Origin: an uncultured bacterium
GTDB lineage: Bacteria > Planctomycetota > PLA2
Assembly: GCA_965369495.1 (NCBI GenBank)
Contig: CBDURV010000001.1
Coordinates: 1-29,317, forward strand
Length of the DNA stretch: 29,317 nucleotides
Reading direction: 5' to 3'
Positions 24,492-29,317 of the stretch are shown piece after piece; the stretch's first letter is position 1; each line of letters opens with the position of its first letter. The notes beneath the pieces are model-generated. The model saw only the letters and a program-made list of their open reading frames with translations, ran no database searches and was not told the origin of the DNA. The position numbers were made by a program, and so were the translations under genes.

Positions 24492-27065
24492 TCAGTTCGC
24501 GCTGAGTTCGCTCCACTTCACGTCCGGCTTGTCGGCGCCGGGAGGCACGTCATCGAGGAATCCGAGTTCGGCCGCGCGAGTGCGGAACTGGAGCTTGTAG
24601 GGCGTTCGATCGTCGGCGGCGACGAGCAACCGGAACTCCCCCGCGGTGTTGGTAACAGCGGTCGCGTTCCTCTCTCCTGCGCGGTACGCGGTCACCGTCA
24701 CGCCCTGCGCCGGGCGCCCGTCGCGCATCAACCGTCCGGTAATCGGGTCGGCAATGCGAAAGCGCACTTCGACCGTCTGGCCATTCGGGACAAACGAACT
24801 CACCTTGGGCGCCGCGAGGTCTCCGCCTTCCCACTTCACGACCAGTGGGCACGGGTGGCTGGGAAGTCCATGCGTGGTCACCTCGCCCTTGGCGTTCGTC
24901 CGCCCAAACAGACTCACCATGGCGCCACGGATCGGCGTGCCATCGGGGCGCAGGACGCGGATCGTCACCGTTGACTTGCGGCGCTTGGGAGCTGTAACCA
25001 CAAGATTGACCGGCGCACCGCCGGGTACCGCTCCACCGACGCTCCCCTGCCAGCGGCCGCTTGTTCTGCCCCCGCTCACAGATCCCTCCCCCAGAAAGTC
25101 GATGCGGCACGGACCGCCGGGCGCGACGTAGAGCGTGAACTCTCCGTTTGCGTTTCCAGTCACCTCGGCGATCTTCTTGCCTCCCCGACTCGCGCGCACC
25201 ACGGGGCGTTCGATGCGCGTTCCTTTCGCCGTGACGACGGTGCCGCGAATTGGAACCCCTCGCGCCATGACGAGGTGCACCTCGGTCTCGTCGCCGTCGA
25301 GATCGCGGCTGACCGTCAGATAGCCTTCAGCCGCGGTCCGCACCGACACGCTCGAAGGCGGTTCCGGCAACTGGAACAGCGCCCGTCCCTGCGCGTCAAA
25401 CTGCGCGAACGCAGTCTCGTTCTCCATGGTTACCCATGCGTACGCGCCCGGGACGGGCTTTCCGTTTTCGTCCGCCACCGTGACCACGAACGGCCGTCCC
25501 GGCGGTAGCTCCACCAGCACCTCGACGTCCACGGCGCCCACGACGATGCGCTTCACGAAGCGTGGCGCACCGGGCCGCGGCACACGCAGGTGATAGGTCC
25601 CGGGGGCAAGTCCACCGACCTCGAAACGACCAAGATCATCGGTGCGCGCGTAGGCGTACATGCCCGCGACGATCGCACTCGCGCGGCCACTGCCCAGCAG
25701 ACGGCCGCGGTCGGCATTGGCCCCGGACAGTCCCAAGCGCTGCTCGCCGACCGGTTGTCCGCCCTGCACAACCCGCCCGCGAATGGAAAGCGCCAGCGGA
25801 AGCTCGATCTGCCCGAGGTCCACCTCCGGCGGTTGACCGCGCTTGGGCGGGTGGAACTCGAGCAGCGTCCGGCCATACCCGGCGGCGACGATAATGACCG
25901 TATGCGGCGTCGCCGCGCGCAGGTCGGCGATTTCGAACGCCCCATCCGCGCCGGTCCGGCCGACGCAACTCGTGCTGAGTCCGATTGGTCCCGTCACGCT
26001 CCTGCGCGTGCTGCGGCCGCGGCCCACCGCGGTCACCTGCTCCCCGGCGATCGATCGGCCGTCGGCCCCGACAACCACTCCGCGCACCGTGAACCCCCGC
26101 CGAAGCTTGAAGTTGACCTCGCCACTCGCGCCGATCGTGGACGCCTCGGCGCCGTAGCCCTGCGCGGTAACGAGCACGATCTGGTGGTCGGGCAAATTCC
26201 AGATCAGGTCATAGCGACCATTGTTGTCGGTCCGCGCGTGAAGCTTCCGCCACGCTTCTGTTCGCCCCACGCGCGCCCCGGGAATCGGATTGCCCGTGAC
26301 CTCTTCGATGACCCGCCCGAAGACGCGCTTGCCCGGCTTGAAGCGCGCCTCGAAGACGCTTGCGCCCGACGCCGGCAGCTCCAGCTTGCGTTCGGCGAAG
26401 GCGCCATGGCGCGCATGCTCGACGTGAAGTTGCGCAACGATGCCCGGCGGCAGATCGGTCAGGCGCCAGTTGCCGGCCGCATCGGTCGTGCCGCGACGGT
26501 CGATGTGCGGTGCCTCGCGAACCGTGTGGCGCACCAACTGCACGTCGGCGCCCGCGACCACCTCGCCCGAAGCGCCGACGACATGCACGGTCAAGATGAC
26601 CGGTGCGCCGAGTTCAACGCGCACGCGCCCGCCCGCCCGGCGCATGGCCATCGTCACCGGTGCGAACCCCGCGGCGCGAACGAAGAGGGTCACGACGGCG
26701 TCCTGCTCCAGCGTGAGGGAAAAGGAACCATCGACAGCACTGATCGTCGCGGGACCCTCAAACGACGGGCCGACGTCATCGGCCAGCGGCAGGGGCACCG
26801 ACCGGCGCGGAAAAAACCGCACCCGCACGTCGGCGCCCGGAACCGGCTTGCCATCGGCGGCGCGCACGATGATGCCGTGCAGGTCACGCTCCCGATCGAC
26901 CACCGCCAGGTCAATCGGCTCAGGATAGGCGGGATGCCGTGGCGGCTCCGTGATGTGCTCGACCGGCGCAGAAGCCCGGCGCGTCCGCCGAACGGGGTCT
27001 TCAGCCCCGAGCAGCCATAGTCCAAGCCCGCACCCCAGAACGAGCAACCCCACCATCCATCGCAT
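24492..27065 (-). CDS. Membrane-anchored protein with carboxypeptidase-regulatory-like (prealbumin-fold) repeats
   Basis: ATG at 27065 gives MRWMVGLLVLGCGLGLWLLGA. Repeats G.V....G.P..GA.V and TD..G.F....L..G.Y.L (GRVIEEVTGNPIPGARV, TDDLGRFEVGGLAPGTYHL, VADENGKPVPGAYA). Confidence 0.8.
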   Translation of the reverse strand: MRWMVGLLVLGCGLGLWLLGAEDPVRRTRRASAPVEHITEPPRHPAYPEPIDLAVVDRERDLHGIIVRAADGKPVPGADVRVRFFPRRSVPLPLADDVGPSFEGPATISAVDGSFSLTLEQDAVVTLFVRAAGFAPVTMAMRRAGGRVRVELGAPVILTVHVVGASGEVVAGADVQLVRHTVREAPHIDRRGTTDAAGNWRLTDLPPGIVAQLHVEHARHGAFAERKLELPASGASVFEARFKPGKRVFGRVIEEVTGNPIPGARVGRTEAWRKLHARTDNNGRYDLIWNLPDHQIVLVTAQGYGAEASTIGASGEVNFKLRRGFTVRGVVVGADGRSIAGEQVTAVGRGRSTRRSVTGPIGLSTSCVGRTGADGAFEIADLRAATPHTVIIVAAGYGRTLLEFHPPKRGQPPEVDLGQIELPLALSIRGRVVQGGQPVGEQRLGLSGANADRGRLLGSGRASAIVAGMYAYARTDDLGRFEVGGLAPGTYHLRVPRPGAPRFVKRIVVGAVDVEVLVELPPGRPFVVTVADENGKPVPGAYAWVTMENETAFAQFDAQGRALFQLPEPPSSVSVRTAAEGYLTVSRDLDGDETEVHLVMARGVPIRGTVVTAKGTRIERPVVRASRGGKKIAEVTGNANGEFTLYVAPGGPCRIDFLGEGSVSGGRTSGRWQGSVGGAVPGGAPVNLVVTAPKRRKSTVTIRVLRPDGTPIRGAMVSLFGRTNAKGEVTTHGLPSHPCPLVVKWEGGDLAAPKVSSFVPNGQTVEVRFRIADPITGRLMRDGRPAQGVTVTAYRAGERNATAVTNTAGEFRLLVAADDRTPYKLQFRTRAAELGFLDDVPPGADKPDVKWSELSAN

Positions 27066-27173
27066 GCGCCCATTCTGCCTCACGTTTTGAAACAATGGAG
27101 GGCTATGCAGCGCATTGCAGCTGCAGCGCCGCCGCACTGAGACCGCCGCCGGTGGCCGCGGTCCCCGGGTGGA

Positions 27174-28451
27174 CTATTCGGGATCGTCGGGTTGGCAGAC
27201 GCGGATCGAGTCTCCACGCCCGGCGGTGGAGGCTATCTCCTCGCCCGAGCCCAGCGCCACAATCTGGTAGTTGCCGGCGTTCTCCGGCGCGATGGGCGGT
27301 ACCGTTACCGTCGCCTTGCGGAGGCTCAGGATGATCGCCGTCAGCGGGAGGACTTCGTCGCCCCGGCGGAGATGAAACGTCGTTCCCGTCACGAACCGGA
27401 AGCCCTCGACCTCGAGGGTCTGCGTCGCTCCCGACGTGAATACCGCGGGGTCCGTGGCGGTGATCTGGGGGCGATCACTGTCGACCCGTAGCGCGATGCG
27501 GTCACCGTCTCCGGCGCCCGCATCCACGCGCTTGTAGAGCAGAGCGTCGCCTTCGACCAACGCCGAACTCAACTCGATCTCCACTTCGTTGGTGGCGTCA
27601 ATCGTGCCAGAACCGAGCGAGTCGCCTACGTTTCCCTCGGCATCGACATGCCGGATCTCGATCGTCCAGCCCTCGAGGCCCAAGACGAACACCGACGTCT
27701 GCCCGTCGTAGGGCTTGCCGACGGGGATGGGTGTGCCAATGACGGGGCGGGTGACGCTCTCCGCATCCGCACTCTCATTTCCGTCCGAATCCTCGTAGTG
27801 CGTCCGCGTGATCAGGCCACCGAGCATTCCGGAAGCGTTTGTCACTCTCGTGGTGGAGACCTTCGAAATGCTGCTGGCCGAAACGGAGCGCGCTTCGAGC
27901 AGCGCCGCGAAGTTGTCCGACATGGCGAACGGTGCGGTCGCGACCGAGTCGGGCCATCCGTCCCCGCCCGTATCCGTCGCCAACAATACGTCCTGGCAGC
28001 GGCGGTCGAGCAGGAACGCGCGGCCGTTCTCGAGGATGGACGCCGAGGTGATGTAGCACGGCTCCGAGAAACTCAGGAGCACGGTCGCCGTATCGAAGTC
28101 CGGACGGCCGTCCTCGGTGGAATCGTGGAGACGGTAGATCGTGTACCGGTCGTCGCCGTCGAGGACCCCCACGACGAGGTACTCGATTTCGCCCAGGGTC
28201 CGATGATGCACGAGCAGGATCGACTCGCCCTCAAGCTCCACGTCCGCGTCGTCCCCCGGTCCATAGAAGTGGATGCGGGGACTCTCGCTGTCCGCGCTCC
28301 AGTGCCAACCGTTGACGCGGCCCGTCATGTGCCGCGTGGGAGGCTCGGTGAGGACGACCTGGCTCTGCGTTCGCACGGCGTCCACGGGATCGCCGCTCGA
28401 ACCGCACGCCACGCTCATGGTTACGGCCGCAATGGAGATGATGTTGCGCAT
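27174..28451 (-). CDS. Putative lipoprotein with C-terminal Ig-like/IPT-TIG-like domains
   Basis: MRNIISIAAVTMSVA-CGSSG (lipoprotein-like, non-canonical -3 residue). C-terminal PQITATDPAVFTSGATQTLEVEGFRF...ATVTVPP....GNYQIVA resembles IPT/TIG. Alternative start is GTG 28466, overlapping the upstream TGA. Confidence 0.55.
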   Translation of the reverse strand: MRNIISIAAVTMSVACGSSGDPVDAVRTQSQVVLTEPPTRHMTGRVNGWHWSADSESPRIHFYGPGDDADVELEGESILLVHHRTLGEIEYLVVGVLDGDDRYTIYRLHDSTEDGRPDFDTATVLLSFSEPCYITSASILENGRAFLLDRRCQDVLLATDTGGDGWPDSVATAPFAMSDNFAALLEARSVSASSISKVSTTRVTNASGMLGGLITRTHYEDSDGNESADAESVTRPVIGTPIPVGKPYDGQTSVFVLGLEGWTIEIRHVDAEGNVGDSLGSGTIDATNEVEIELSSALVEGDALLYKRVDAGAGDGDRIALRVDSDRPQITATDPAVFTSGATQTLEVEGFRFVTGTTFHLRRGDEVLPLTAIILSLRKATVTVPPIAPENAGNYQIVALGSGEEIASTAGRGDSIRVCQPDDPE

Positions 28452-28462
28452 ACGTCCCGCCC

Positions 28463-29317
28463 TCACTTCACTTTGTACTTGTTCAGCTCGTCGCAGAGCT
28501 TTTTATAGTCCTTCTCGCCCCGCTTCTTGCAGTCCTTGAGCTTCTTCAGCCAATCGCGCTTCCACCGGTCGTAACCCGCGTTGCCGGTCCCGCCGCCGGG
28601 CTTGACCTGCAGGGCTGGACAGAGATCCTCAAGGTTCTGCTTCATGTACTTCTTGATCGCCTCCAGCGTTGCCTTCTTCTCCTTCTTCTCCTTTTCATCC
28701 TCCGGCACTCCGGTCTCGACTACGAACAGACCCGTCTTCGCGTTCGCATCGACCTCGTGGTAGGCGAGTATGTAGGAGAGGATCTTGTCGAATTCCGGGT
28801 CGTTCTCAGGCCCCGCGAGAATGACGAGTAGGTCCAAGGGTTTGAACGTGTGATTGAGGCTGTGATAGATCTCCTCGTAGATGACGGTCTTCTTGCGCCA
28901 GTGGTTCGTCCACATGATGTCGTTGACCGACTTGTTGAATGTGACGTGCCCGACGTAGCTCAAGGGGTCCGAGAATGCCGGGGCACTGGTGGATTTCTTC
29001 TTGTCTTCGACAGTCTGATGCTTGTGGATCGGATGCCCGTCGATGTACGCGACAATCTCCTCAGTCGACGCCAGCCCCATGTGGCAGTTCTTCTTCAGCT
29101 CCTTGCCGTGATCGACGATGTCTTTCGGCAGACATCCGCCTTCGGCCTCCGTCTTGAGCTCGTCGCAGATGCACTTCGCCTTTTTCTGGTCCTCCTCCGA
29201 GGCCTTGTCGTCGATCTTCTTGAGCGGGGTGCCCGGAGGCGTGTTGGGATTCTTTTGCCCCTCCTGTTTCTTGAGTGGGTCGTCCGCCACCGCGAATGCC
29301 GCGATGCATCCGATCAG
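28463..29317 (-). CDS. Secreted Lys/Cys-rich protein with an EExxH zincin-like motif (5' end outside the window)
   Basis: The frame stays open to the right edge (LIGCIAAFAVADDPLKK..., tail of a signal peptide). VIYEEIYHSLNH motif; several Cys; acidic/basic tracts. Confidence 0.6.
   Translation of the reverse strand: MIGCIAAFAVADDPLKKQEGQKNPNTPPGTPLKKIDDKASEEDQKKAKCICDELKTEAEGGCLPKDIVDHGKELKKNCHMGLASTEEIVAYIDGHPIHKHQTVEDKKKSTSAPAFSDPLSYVGHVTFNKSVNDIMWTNHWRKKTVIYEEIYHSLNHTFKPLDLLVILAGPENDPEFDKILSYILAYHEVDANAKTGLFVVETGVPEDEKEKKEKKATLEAIKKYMKQNLEDLCPALQVKPGGGTGNAGYDRWKRDWLKKLKDCKKRGEKDYKKLCDELNKYKVK

Noticed and set aside
426-27020. Long antisense or alternate-frame ORFs (426..2702, 11384..12892, 15308..16837, 18501..21251, 21685..23019, 25590..27020 and many Arg/Ala/Pro-rich short ORFs)
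   Set aside because: They are shadows of motif-supported genes in high-GC DNA, with no recognisable domains.
27066-27173. Another element remnant in this intergenic region
   Set aside because: Small palindromes (GTTTTGAAAC, TGCAGCTGCA) but no core and no homology to module A or B.
3195-27304. KpnI (GGTACC) cloning or concatemer artefact explaining the junctions
   Set aside because: Uncut GGTACC sites lie inside intact genes (16966, 25024, 27298), and the junctions share far more than the hexamer.
16966-27304. GGTACCGAAT (16966), GGTACCG (25024) and CGGTACCG (27297) as extra element copies
   Set aside because: They are in frame within coding sequence with no extended homology; about one chance octamer is expected in a window of this size and GC.
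1-29317. tRNA, rRNA or tmRNA genes
   Set aside because: No cloverleaf or rRNA signature was recognised; intergenic space is short and accounted for.

Overview
A GC-rich bacterial window with a Planctomycetota-like gene repertoire (inferred from gene families: Ser/Thr kinase-FGE coupled to an ECF sigma factor, several HEAT-repeat proteins, a prenyltransferase-repeat protein, carboxypeptidase-regulatory repeats, PEP-CTERM). It has about 15 plausible genes, mostly unrelated in function and in mixed orientation. They are divided into units of mostly 2.7-3.7 kb by eight co-oriented copies or remnants of one bipartite intergenic element. Module A is a 71-125 bp imperfect palindrome bounded by CGGTACCG cores, and module B is a ~68 bp hairpin-bearing sequence. 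The layout resembles a gene-cassette array, but the sites are not canonical attC and no recombinase is in the window; a REP/MITE-type repeat is the main alternative. One copy is interrupted exactly at its core CC by an IS1111-like IS110-family element with subterminal IRs, a long 3' non-coding end and a frameshifted transposase. Another junction looks like a single-core 'empty' site. One unit holds an unusual trio: a degenerate tubulin/FtsZ-like domain fused to a nucleoside-deoxyribosyltransferase/TIR-like domain, a minimal PEP-synthase/PPDK-like phospho-His enzyme, and a variant DHH pyrophosphatase. All family calls come from motif recognition by eye; no searches were run.
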